A stretch of 64,000 nucleotides of DNA, taken from positions 8,446 to 72,445 of the forward strand of contig CAZASJ010000007.1 of NCBI GenBank assembly GCA_964487735.1. The letters run 5' to 3'. This DNA is from an uncultured Bacteroidales bacterium (GTDB lineage: Bacteria > Bacteroidota > Bacteroidia > Bacteroidales > B18-G4). Position 1 is the stretch's first letter; each line of letters starts with the position of its first letter. Of the stretch, positions 1 to 9,100 are shown piece by piece. Below the pieces are notes generated by a model. That model worked only from the letters and a program-made list of their open reading frames with translations. It made no database searches and was not told the origin of the DNA. A program made the position numbers and the translations under genes.

Positions 1-755
1 AGTCCGGTAGATAATGCATAATAGTCCATTGTGCAATCACCTTGATAAATACCAAGTTCGTTATTATCAGTAAATAAAATATCACCACTTGAGTTTATTC
101 TATTTATCTGATTGTATGATCCTGTTTCCCAGATTATTGTTTCTCCTTTGCTTGCACTTCTATCGCTTGACCCACTAATAAGATACTTCCCGTCGGGACT
201 ATATTTTACCCACGTCCAAGTCGTATTGTGTCCACCTAATGTGTCAATGAAAACTGAATTTTCAATATCCCAGATTCGTACTAACTGATCTGCTGAAGCA
301 ACTGCTAAAAATTTTCCATTTGGGCTGAATGAAAGAGAGTATATTGAATTGGGTAATTCCATATCAAATTCAGGAATCATCCCTTTAGCGATAACATTGT
401 GTGGTTTGATCTGAACTTGACTGATCTTTTCCCCTGTTTCTACATCCCAGAGAATAAAACTTCTATCCAAAGAACCACTGGCAATAAGTTTATTATCCCT
501 GCTTATTCTGGCACACCACACCTGATCAGTATGCCCCCTGAAAGTTCTTATTTCTGTATAAGTCTTTGCATCCCATATTTTAACCGTATTGTCCCATCCA
601 TGACTTACGATAAATTTCCCATCCGAACTATAGAATGCATTCTGAACTTTGTGCTTATGACCTTTAAGAATTTTGTATGGTTCAATATTCTCAGATTGTC
701 CAAAGATTGTTACACAATCAAAAACGAAGATCAATATTAAAGTAAGATATTTCAT
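1..755 (-). CDS. Secreted WD40-repeat protein (C-terminus lies beyond the window edge)
   Basis: Absent from the ORF track because it is open at base 1. The reverse strand from ATG (755..753) reads MKYLTLILIFVFDCVTIFGQSENIEPYKILKGHKHKVQNAFYSSDGKFIVSHGWDNTVKIWD..FRGHTDQVWCARISRDNKLIASGSLDRSFILWD..SPNGKFLAVASADQLVRIWD..GGHNTTWTWVKYSPDGKYLISGSSDRS with no stop down to base 1. It has a signal-like N-terminus followed by repeated GH..WD units. Confidence 0.85.
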   Translation of the reverse strand, partial: MKYLTLILIFVFDCVTIFGQSENIEPYKILKGHKHKVQNAFYSSDGKFIVSHGWDNTVKIWDAKTYTEIRTFRGHTDQVWCARISRDNKLIASGSLDRSFILWDVETGEKISQVQIKPHNVIAKGMIPEFDMELPNSIYSLSFSPNGKFLAVASADQLVRIWDIENSVFIDTLGGHNTTWTWVKYSPDGKYLISGSSDRSASKGETIIWETGSYNQINRINSSGDILFTDNNELGIYQGDCTMDYYALSTG

Positions 756-787
756 TGATTTTATTCCCTGTTCTACCACAAATATTT

Positions 788-1591
788 TCATTTTGCTAAT
801 TTATTGTCTGAGGAATATATAAATCTTAATCCATGATATAAACTTTGGAAAGGGACATGTCCCTCATTTTCGTAAATTTTTAATTTACAAACAATATTCT
901 CTTTCGATTCAATTGACCGCGTGAACCCTATTAGTTGCGTTTTACTATCTCCATCAGGATCAAGAAAATCGTTTTCTCCATATGTTAGGAATATTTTCTT
1001 TGTTTCATTCTGTTTCGTTATTATAAAATCATTTGTCAGATCAATGAAATACTCTTCACAGTCAGGAAATCCGCCGCTACAAGCAACGTATGAATCAAAC
1101 AAGTCAGGACTTGTCAGGAAACAGTAAATTGTAAAAATTGCACTTAAAGATTGTCCGCAAAGCAATTTTTCGTTTGATGTCCGATAAGAAGCATTGATGT
1201 ATGGAATTAATTCATTTTCAATAAATGCTTTATATTTTTCAGCTCCAGGATCTGATTTAAAATAGCTTGTTTTTGTTGGCATCATATCCCGGTTCCTGTT
1301 TGTGTTTTCAATTAGAACAACAATCATTTCGGGTATTAATTCGTCGATGTATGTCAACCTGTTAATTGTACCAACAGTCTCCATATACAAGTCTAAATCA
1401 CCGTCCAGTCGATAAATTACAGGATAAGATTTATCTGAATCATTATACCCCTTAGGAAGTTTTACAAAAAACGTTCTGTTTTCGTTTAATACTACTGAAG
1501 GAATAGAATCTTTAATACCAATAATGATTTCCTGGCCAAATAGTGCTGTGGTTGATAAAAATAATAAAGTTAAAAATTGGATAATTTTCAT
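788..1591 (-). CDS. Secreted esterase-family alpha/beta hydrolase ('putative esterase'/IroE-like)
   Basis: Signal peptide MKIIQFLTLLFLSTTALFGQ. Also YPVIYRLDGD block, nucleophile-elbow-like CGQSLSA, and C-terminal ENEGHVPF (candidate catalytic His). Confidence 0.75.
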   Translation of the reverse strand: MKIIQFLTLLFLSTTALFGQEIIIGIKDSIPSVVLNENRTFFVKLPKGYNDSDKSYPVIYRLDGDLDLYMETVGTINRLTYIDELIPEMIVVLIENTNRNRDMMPTKTSYFKSDPGAEKYKAFIENELIPYINASYRTSNEKLLCGQSLSAIFTIYCFLTSPDLFDSYVACSGGFPDCEEYFIDLTNDFIITKQNETKKIFLTYGENDFLDPDGDSKTQLIGFTRSIESKENIVCKLKIYENEGHVPFQSLYHGLRFIYSSDNKLAK

Positions 1592-1684
1592 TCAGATTAG
1601 TCTTTATTATTGCGATACGCTTGCTTTTTCAAAAATGCAGGCAATTTCTTTATACGCCCTATTCATCTGTGCGAAAATGTGAAT

Positions 1685-1820
1685 AAATCAATTCGTTTAT
1701 TAAATATTGAGCCTGGTTAATATTCTCTGTTTTAATACCAATATTTATGCCGTAATGGAGTACAACTGAATTTTAAATACGTATAGCCGTATTTTATCAG
1801 AAAATTAGAGCCAGATGTAA
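1685..1820. repeat. Copy 1 of a ~136 nt duplicated intergenic sequence (partner at 4622..4757)
   Basis: Alignment by eye to 4622..4757. Shared blocks include AAATCAATTC(G/A)TTTATTA, TATTCTCT, TATGCCGTAAT, CTGAATTT, TTATCAGAAAA and GATGTAA, roughly three quarters identical with small indels. It lies between the stop of 1826..4546 and the start of 788..1591. Confidence 0.8.
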
Positions 1821-1825
1821 TTATA

Positions 1826-4546
1826 TTAGTATACGTACATTTTTTGAGAGGAGGCTTCAGTATCTGAAACCAGCCGAACCAGATAAATTCCGCTTTTGAG
1901 CATACTTATATTCACCGTAGGATTGTAGCTGTTAATATTTTCCTTTATCTGAACCACTCCTGTAATGCCTATTATTTCTATTCTATCGATTAAAAAATCA
2001 GCCTCTATGTGGATCCTCTCATTTGCGGGATTTGGTGAGATACTGAATGTTTTTTGACTTGCATTTGGTGGACCTTCCGGTATATCTACTGAAAGATCCC
2101 CAAAAGTTACAATTTTATCCGGCCCGGGTACAGGAATTACAAAGAGATCATGATTCTCATAGTAATTCATTACTGATGATATCCCAATCATCGGGTAGAT
2201 TTCATCTTCATAAATCAGCTTCGTTGCTGTTAGTACAGCGGGATTTCCGGCATCATCAATTTTGATGTTGAACTGGAATTTTTCACCAGTTTCGAAAGTC
2301 TCAACAATTTCACCGGTTTCCGGATCAACTGCATGGTACTGATATAGACTTTGCAATGCATAAAACAATCCATCAACAGGGTTATATGCAGCAGACAGAC
2401 ATTGGTGGTTCACAGGAAAAGAAGCATTAATAAAAGAATTCTCTCCATCAATGTAAACAATTGGAAGAGAATAGGTGTAACACAGGGGAAGTGCCCATTG
2501 GGAATCATCGGAAAAGGCAAACCCAAAAATTGCGTCAGCCTCTGTTGGTAAAGAAGCAACAGTTTCCATTTGCTCGACATCCACTATACCAATAAAATAA
2601 TCGTCATATTCATCCCTTTCTAAATAAAAAAAGTATTTCCCATCAGGGCTAATATCTGCGGCTCCATAAATTACAACACCTGTATTTAAATTCCAGAAAC
2701 GTGCCCATTGTACATTCAGTGGAATTTTATCTACGATACTGCTGGCAGCGCCATCAAGCTTGATTTTGCTTAGATGACCCTCTGTTACGCCCCATGGATA
2801 ATAATCTAACAGATAAGCCCACTGACCATCCTTTGATACTTTCAAGGCATGAACATTAACATTACCAATATCAAGGGCTGCAATATATTTGTACGTATTC
2901 AAATCAAGGATCCGAATTGTGTCATGATAATCAGCCCATATAATTGCCTGGTTTTTATCAGGTATTATTTCAAATCCTGAAATACTTTTGTGGTATATTA
3001 ATGTGTCGGTCAGTCCGGTTTCAACATCCACCACACTTATGTTATGTGAAAGCCTATTACAGCTTATCAATTTCTTTCCATCATCGATCAGGTATGCCAT
3101 ATTCGTCTCGTCTGCTTCATAAGCATTTCCGGCATAAAATGAAGTATCAACGATGTAAGTGGCAGGATGGCTGATATCTATTGCATGCAATTCTTCCCCA
3201 AAGTGTTCAAATGTTGTATGCTCGCTCACACAATCGCTCAGAAACATTTTATTTCCTGAGGGGGAAATCGCCCCGGTCCATCCAACTTCAATATCGTCCG
3301 TTGATGTTTCCACCAATTGCCCGGTATTCATATCAATAATATCAAAATAGCCCAGGGTTAATACAACTGCATAATCAAGATCTTCAATTTTCATTACCGT
3401 ATTAGAGAATTTCATGTGGGCGGCAGGAATCGTATTATACTGATAGGTATTAAAATCAAAAAAGTAATACTCGGGAATAATCCAATCACCTGTGGCTAAC
3501 ATCTTCGAAGCATCAGAACTAACACATAAGTCGGCAAAATCCCCAACATAGAGGGTTGATGCAACAATTGAATCCATAATCGTCAGGCTTGTCATATTAA
3601 TCCTACAAGCTTTATATAAATCATTGGGATGCTCTATAAAAGCACAAAATAAAGTATCACCAGAATTTGAAAATCCTGCCCCCAGAAAGTAACCGGAGTT
3701 AAATGTTTGCAGCAAATCTCCATTCAGGGCGCTATATATACCGGAGGTATTATACCCACCACCATTTGCCGCCATAATTTTATCACCTGCAGGGCTTAAA
3801 TAAAATTTCATGAATTTAAACCCTACCCTACCATTGGCCCCAGTTCTTCCCAGCATAAAGATCTTCGGACCGGATGTTTCGAAAATTTGTGTTTCGGTTT
3901 CTAAATCATAAGCTGCAATTGCGCCTTTATCGTCATCAGTTAAACCCACGTATACGATACTATTGTCGGAATTGAGTTCAATCTGGCAGGGACTTTTTTC
4001 CAGTTTAATGGTAGAAGAAACCGAAAAAGTATTTAAATCAACTATCTGAATTTCTTTAGAATAATAACAACAAACATAAATAAAGTCGTCAGTAACTTTC
4101 ATATCCATGGGTCCCCGCCCGAGATCTATGATATGTTCAATCTCAAAATTATCCGCATTGTAAAGAAACAGATTATCGCTATGTTTGTGTAACACTGCAA
4201 TAGATTCACCATCAGCTGTATACGATATTCTTTGAACGAAATCCCCGTTGGGTGACGGTGAAGGATCGAAATTGGTCATCATATCTGAAAAATCTGAAGG
4301 GGTACTGATTCCCTGAGTAGATTCTTCATATAAATTGGCATCAATAATAAGTTTGCCTTCATCTGTATCGATGGTATAAATACCATCCTCTGAGACCTCA
4401 TCCAGGAAATAATTTTGAGCTGCTCCCTCGTCAAACAACCTCACGATAACAGGATTGCCTGAATCATCAAATAATACCTGACGATACTGGGAGAATACGT
4501 GTAGATTTACTGAAAGTAATAACGCAACAAAGAATAGTTTTTTCAT
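1826..4546 (-). CDS. Large secreted beta-propeller-like repeat protein with T9SS C-terminal sorting domain
   Basis: Signal peptide MKKLFFVALLLSVNLHVFSQ and a long repeat-rich body. The last ~75 aa (ISPNPANERIHIEADF..KSGIYLVRLVSDTEASSQKMYVY) fit the Por/T9SS CTD pattern. Confidence 0.75.
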   Translation of the reverse strand: MKKLFFVALLLSVNLHVFSQYRQVLFDDSGNPVIVRLFDEGAAQNYFLDEVSEDGIYTIDTDEGKLIIDANLYEESTQGISTPSDFSDMMTNFDPSPSPNGDFVQRISYTADGESIAVLHKHSDNLFLYNADNFEIEHIIDLGRGPMDMKVTDDFIYVCCYYSKEIQIVDLNTFSVSSTIKLEKSPCQIELNSDNSIVYVGLTDDDKGAIAAYDLETETQIFETSGPKIFMLGRTGANGRVGFKFMKFYLSPAGDKIMAANGGGYNTSGIYSALNGDLLQTFNSGYFLGAGFSNSGDTLFCAFIEHPNDLYKACRINMTSLTIMDSIVASTLYVGDFADLCVSSDASKMLATGDWIIPEYYFFDFNTYQYNTIPAAHMKFSNTVMKIEDLDYAVVLTLGYFDIIDMNTGQLVETSTDDIEVGWTGAISPSGNKMFLSDCVSEHTTFEHFGEELHAIDISHPATYIVDTSFYAGNAYEADETNMAYLIDDGKKLISCNRLSHNISVVDVETGLTDTLIYHKSISGFEIIPDKNQAIIWADYHDTIRILDLNTYKYIAALDIGNVNVHALKVSKDGQWAYLLDYYPWGVTEGHLSKIKLDGAASSIVDKIPLNVQWARFWNLNTGVVIYGAADISPDGKYFFYLERDEYDDYFIGIVDVEQMETVASLPTEADAIFGFAFSDDSQWALPLCYTYSLPIVYIDGENSFINASFPVNHQCLSAAYNPVDGLFYALQSLYQYHAVDPETGEIVETFETGEKFQFNIKIDDAGNPAVLTATKLIYEDEIYPMIGISSVMNYYENHDLFVIPVPGPDKIVTFGDLSVDIPEGPPNASQKTFSISPNPANERIHIEADFLIDRIEIIGITGVVQIKENINSYNPTVNISMLKSGIYLVRLVSDTEASSQKMYVY

Positions 4547-4621
4547 ACTTTTATAATTAAGCTGTCAATAAATATGGCCAACCATCTTTATATGCACTAA
4601 CATCAGTGCAAAAAAGCGCTT

Positions 4622-4757
4622 AAATCAATTCATTTATTAGATCTATACCATATTATTATTCTCTATTCTAAGTTCCAATGACTATGCCGTAATTGTATAC
4701 ACCTGAATTTGTAATACTTACAGTCTATCTTATCAGAAAAAATAAATTTGGATGTAA
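4622..4757. repeat. Copy 2 of the ~136 nt duplicated intergenic sequence (partner at 1685..1820)
   Basis: See copy 1. It lies between the stop of 4831..5499 and the start of 1826..4546. Confidence 0.8.
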
Positions 4758-4830
4758 AGTAAATTTACAGTCATTGTGAAATTAATTTACATGCTTTCTG
4801 GCCCGTGCAATACAAAATGTTGGCGGTTGT

Positions 4831-5499
4831 TTATTCTCCAAATCCTTTTGAAAATATAATAATAAGCTTTGGACGGACATCTTCTTTAGTGAATTTAGAA
4901 GAGCAAAATATTGCCGAATTAGTTGTTTCTGTATCAATACTAAATCCCATTAAACCGTAATTAGGAAGGCTGCCATTATACCATGATTTAACAAAAGTGG
5001 TAATGTCAACAACATGGTATGTATTCTTTGTTGGCCAATTACTTATTACCCTGGTTTCGGCTAATGTTTTTGGTTTGTGACTATAGCCAATATCTGTATT
5101 CCAGGGCTCACTTATGCACTCATATACTAATTTTCCTTGTTTATCACCATTATATTCTGCACAAACCAATTGCATTTTAGCTTCAATTATCTTTATTCCT
5201 TTGGGTAGTTCCTTTAAATCCCATTGCATTAAAAACCGTTCATCACAGTCATGATAATCAGCATCCTCTGTGACTTCATCTTTATAAAATCTACCTTGAT
5301 AATATATTTTCCCTTCTCCATTCGGATTTGCTGTATTTGGCTTGCAGGTACATATATATAAGTCTTTACTTATCGTTGTCAAGACCAATGTGTCATTCAA
5401 ACTTTTGGTTAAAGGCTCTTCATCCGCCTGTGATTTTACATTAAATGCTGAGAGGCTCAGCACACAGAACATTGTAATTAAGTATAAATTAGTTTTCAT
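4831..5499 (-). CDS. Secreted protein with DNRLRE-like module (function unknown)
   Basis: Signal peptide MKTNLYLITMFCVLSLSAFNVKSQA. Blocks EPWNTDIGYSHKP, HVVDITTFVKSWYNGSLPNYGLMGF and SSKFTKEDVRPKLIIIF resemble the DNRLRE secreted-domain pattern (recall-based). Confidence 0.55.
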   Translation of the reverse strand: MKTNLYLITMFCVLSLSAFNVKSQADEEPLTKSLNDTLVLTTISKDLYICTCKPNTANPNGEGKIYYQGRFYKDEVTEDADYHDCDERFLMQWDLKELPKGIKIIEAKMQLVCAEYNGDKQGKLVYECISEPWNTDIGYSHKPKTLAETRVISNWPTKNTYHVVDITTFVKSWYNGSLPNYGLMGFSIDTETTNSAIFCSSKFTKEDVRPKLIIIFSKGFGE

Positions 5500-5520
5500 T
5501 TTCCTGTTGTTAGTAGCTGG

Positions 5521-6585
5521 TTATTGGGGTTCATATATCTTAATAGCATTCATTAATAGTAGCTGTGTAATTCTAGCACTATTACTCTTTCCATACACTG
5601 AATTTGTTTTATAGGCTATCACAACATCGATTTCAGGAAAAACACTAATACTTTGTCCCAATGCCCCAAGTGCAGAATAAGCATTTTTGAGTCTTTCGTC
5701 GGTCGGGTTTTCAAACAGCCACCACATATATCCATAAGCATAGTGACCAAACAGGTCTTTCAATATTGGAACATTCTCGATCATTTCTTCAGATGTTGTT
5801 CGTAGTGTAAGCATCTCATTGACCCATTCTTCTGATATGACTTGCTCTTTATCCCACTTACCACGATTGAGCATTAGTAAGCCAATGCGAGCCATATCTC
5901 TTGTGGAAAACCACATATGGTAAGCAGGGAATAGTGATATTGTTGGATCTTCATATTTTCGTTGTAAGGATCTATCCCAATCCTGCATTTCAAGAGGTAT
6001 AGCAAGCTGGTCTTCAACATCATCGTAAATATTTCTTCCGCTTTCCTTTTCAAAAATGTAACCTGCCAAATTAAAATCATAATTGCTGTAAAGCCAATAG
6101 GATCCCGGTTCTTTGGTCCCTCTTTCCGGTGCGAAATCGCGAAAATCTCCTCCATTTGACCCCGTTAAATATATACCTGAGCGTGCCGAAATTAAATCCC
6201 TAATGGTCGCTTCTTTTTCAATTGGCAACATTTCCTTTACATCTTGAATACCTAATTCATTTAATGTTTCGTCCAAATTTATAACACCATTTTCAACGTA
6301 TTTTCCAAAGAGGATAGACAACACACTTTTACGACACGAAGCAATGTAGCTGTTTTCTTCAATGTTGCCATATTCAAAAACAATTTGCCCTTTATGGATA
6401 ATTAAATACCCGGTTATATGCGTGCTATCAATAATGTATCGGTTAAATTCTTTCATCTTTGTTGAATTCCAACCATCCGATTCGGGATCTTCATTATATG
6501 ACCAGTTTTGGCCTGGGAAAACCTGTGCAACTATATTTGTTGCTAGGAGAAAAAACAGAATTATAAATGACAATAAATTTTTCAT
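5521..6585 (-). CDS. Beta-lactamase-family serine hydrolase (class C / PBP4*-like fold)
   Basis: Signal peptide, SxxK motif in ASCRKSV, and YxN motif in YSNYDFNLAGY. Size is typical (354 aa). Confidence 0.85.
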   Translation of the reverse strand: MKNLLSFIILFFLLATNIVAQVFPGQNWSYNEDPESDGWNSTKMKEFNRYIIDSTHITGYLIIHKGQIVFEYGNIEENSYIASCRKSVLSILFGKYVENGVINLDETLNELGIQDVKEMLPIEKEATIRDLISARSGIYLTGSNGGDFRDFAPERGTKEPGSYWLYSNYDFNLAGYIFEKESGRNIYDDVEDQLAIPLEMQDWDRSLQRKYEDPTISLFPAYHMWFSTRDMARIGLLMLNRGKWDKEQVISEEWVNEMLTLRTTSEEMIENVPILKDLFGHYAYGYMWWLFENPTDERLKNAYSALGALGQSISVFPEIDVVIAYKTNSVYGKSNSARITQLLLMNAIKIYEPQ

Positions 6586-6633
6586 ATTATTAGATTTAAT
6601 TGCTGCTACCTTAAGTTAGGCCTCGTAATCATT

Positions 6634-7155
6634 TTATTCTTTGACAATCTCCGGATCACCATGAGAACCATGGTAATGCACAATCTTCCATTCGTTTTCT
6701 TCCTCTCTGCATGTTAGGGTAACTGCTCCTGGGGTGCGTTCGTGAACACCTTCCTTAGAAATACTATCCCAAATATAAACCATCGTTACCACCCCGGACT
6801 TCGCCGACAATACGACGGTTTCTATATATTCTATCTCGTGGGTATAGGATTTGAAGAAGGTGTAATCATCTGCCATGAAATTCGGAACACCATTAGCCCA
6901 TTTACTGTATGTATCGATATTAATACCATCAATCACAAGATGAAAATCTTCACTTTGGGTAAATAATGCAACTGCTCCTTCCGGATTGAATGGAGGTTCC
7001 CAACTTTTTAAAAAATCCATGGCTATCGTTTCCAATTTATTTTTGATTGCTGCTTGTTGGTCAATAGAAACTTCAGCCTTTTCATTACGACCAGGTTGAT
7101 TACAGCTACAAAACAGAATCAAAATAGAGAATAATAAGGATATTATTGTTTTCAT
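6634..7155 (-). CDS. NTF2/SnoaL-like (DUF4440-type) lipoprotein
   Basis: Lipobox-like LILFCSC. The C-terminal EWKIVHYHGSH is typical of NTF2-fold DUF4440/SnoaL-like domains (recall-based). Confidence 0.55.
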   Translation of the reverse strand: MKTIISLLFSILILFCSCNQPGRNEKAEVSIDQQAAIKNKLETIAMDFLKSWEPPFNPEGAVALFTQSEDFHLVIDGINIDTYSKWANGVPNFMADDYTFFKSYTHEIEYIETVVLSAKSGVVTMVYIWDSISKEGVHERTPGAVTLTCREEENEWKIVHYHGSHGDPEIVKE

Positions 7156-7307
7156 AGTAAACGTTATGAGACCTAATGGTTAGTATAAGAATAGTAGCCG
7201 ATTGCATGCTTCAAACTTGTCAAGTTACAAGGAAACTGATGTGTGCTACAATTTTTGAATTCACAACTGAACCGGCTATTATTTTTATACATTGTTAGTG
7301 GCATTAA

Positions 7308-8066
7308 TTATTTTTTATAGTTGAAAAACAATTCAATTGCATGCATATAATTATTCAAAAAATATATAATCTTATTTGGTTCATCCGAAATATTATAATG
7401 CCAATTTAATCCTTTGGGAGCATTTGATTTCAAGTTGTTTAAAAATGTTTCATTATAAACATCTTTCGCGCTACTTCCAAAAAGATAGTAGCTCACATTC
7501 TTGTCTTTTAGCTTTCCAAAAGCATCTTTTGAATTGACTTTATCAGATATTAGGCCTAAGTCAGGAACGTCTGCAATATACCCGTTAAACAAATCAGGTT
7601 TTTCCAACATCAAGTAGGTCGTTATTTCTGTTCCTGGCCCCCAGATTATTGTTTTCGTAAGATTATATTTGGAATCAAGATAGGGAAATAATTCTTCGTC
7701 AAAAAACCTGGCAAGTTTATCCATTTTGATTTCTATGCTTGCCGAATCAAAATCCGCATATTTATATTGTGGAAATCCAACAACAATGCAAGTTGGTATA
7801 CTCCTGTCATATGCCATTAATTCTGTACATGCAGAAAATGCTTTGAATGATGTATGTGCATCCAGCAATAATACCAATGGAAATTCTTTGTTTTCCTTGT
7901 AGTTAAAAGGGAGATGAATAAACAAATTAAGACTATCGTTAAGAATTTCAGATTTTATTCTTGTAGTAAATCCAAGTTTTGTTTGCTTAGAATCACCGAC
8001 ATTCTGCCCAATTGAGTTTGTTGCAAAAATTACCGAAATAGTTAATAACAAGATAATACTTTTCAT
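7308..8066 (-). CDS. Esterase-family alpha/beta-fold protein, probably catalytically degenerate
   Basis: Signal peptide and the same overall layout as 788..1591 (PLVLLLDAH.., EELFPYLDSKY, PDLFNGYIA). At the nucleophile-elbow position it reads GPGTE instead of G-x-S-x-G/S. Confidence 0.6.
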   Translation of the reverse strand: MKSIILLLTISVIFATNSIGQNVGDSKQTKLGFTTRIKSEILNDSLNLFIHLPFNYKENKEFPLVLLLDAHTSFKAFSACTELMAYDRSIPTCIVVGFPQYKYADFDSASIEIKMDKLARFFDEELFPYLDSKYNLTKTIIWGPGTEITTYLMLEKPDLFNGYIADVPDLGLISDKVNSKDAFGKLKDKNVSYYLFGSSAKDVYNETFLNNLKSNAPKGLNWHYNISDEPNKIIYFLNNYMHAIELFFNYKK

Positions 8067-8070
8067 GTTT

Positions 8071-9015
8071 CTATATTTTTTTCTTAAGGTTTTTAATAAT
8101 CTCTGTCGATACCCAAAAGATATCCTGCCCGGGGGTATGTCGCATGAAGAATAAATATTTCCCGTCGGGAGAAACTACTGGAAAACGCTCCATTTTCTCT
8201 GTGTTTATTTTATCTCCCATATTGATTGGAGTTCCCCAATTATTGTCATCAGTTTTAAAGCAAATGTATATATCAAGGCTTCCAAAACCTTCACTGTTCA
8301 ATCCTGAAAAGATGAGATAACTATTATCGGGTGAAACAAAAAATGCCCAAGCCGGTCTGAAATCAGAATGAATGATGACGGTATCCGGTATAGAAAATTT
8401 ACCGTCTGTATATTTAAATTTCAAGGGTTTTTCTTTTCGATTATAGGCGTAATTACCCATGTGGTAGGCATAGCCTTTTGAATTAAATGAGGGAGTCCAA
8501 TCACCATCTGCGGTATTTAATGGCTCTCCTGCATTGATAGGCTTGCTCCAGCCATTATCTGTCCGATTAACATACCAAACATCCTTTTCCCCATACCCTC
8601 CTTCTATGCCTGTGGAATAAAAATAAAGTCGATTTCCATCCGGACTGAAGCTGGGCCCTCCATTAAGACAAGTCAGATGATCTTTTATAAAATCTGCAAT
8701 CGCAGGTTTTGACCATTCTCCATTTTTAAATTCGGAGAAGTAAATTTGTTCAGAATTCTTCATTGAAGTATCGGCAGGAGGATATCTGGAAGACCAGGCC
8801 GACCAATATATTTCATCTCCTTTTGGAGAAATTGCCATTTGACAATGTTCGGCCCATGTGCTGTCAGAAACAATTCCGGGAGCAAATACTTCCGGGATTA
8901 ACCCAGGAGGTGTCAGCCCGAAATAGGCATCTTCAGATTCAAGAAAATTTTCTTCTGTTTGAGTGCAACCAAGAAGGGCTAATAAAGTGATGAATGAAAG
9001 GAAGATCTTTTTCAT
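8071..9015 (-). CDS. TolB-like PD40 beta-propeller lipoprotein
   Basis: Lipobox LLALLGCTQ. Repeated PD40 signatures SPKGDEIYW, SPDGNRLYFYS, SPDNSYLIFSG and SPDGKYLFFMR. Confidence 0.75.
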   Translation of the reverse strand: MKKIFLSFITLLALLGCTQTEENFLESEDAYFGLTPPGLIPEVFAPGIVSDSTWAEHCQMAISPKGDEIYWSAWSSRYPPADTSMKNSEQIYFSEFKNGEWSKPAIADFIKDHLTCLNGGPSFSPDGNRLYFYSTGIEGGYGEKDVWYVNRTDNGWSKPINAGEPLNTADGDWTPSFNSKGYAYHMGNYAYNRKEKPLKFKYTDGKFSIPDTVIIHSDFRPAWAFFVSPDNSYLIFSGLNSEGFGSLDIYICFKTDDNNWGTPINMGDKINTEKMERFPVVSPDGKYLFFMRHTPGQDIFWVSTEIIKNLKKKI

Positions 9016-9100
9016 CTTTTATCATATTTTAATCCACATTCGTTTTTAAGTTTTCTTTCCATTTTTATTAAGTGGGGTTAGTCTTTATTAACCAAGCTAT

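Noticed and set aside
399-740. 113-aa plus-strand ORF from the track
   Set aside because: It lies entirely antisense to the clearly coding WD40 gene on the minus strand (1..755). It has no motifs and a composition typical of an antisense shadow ORF.
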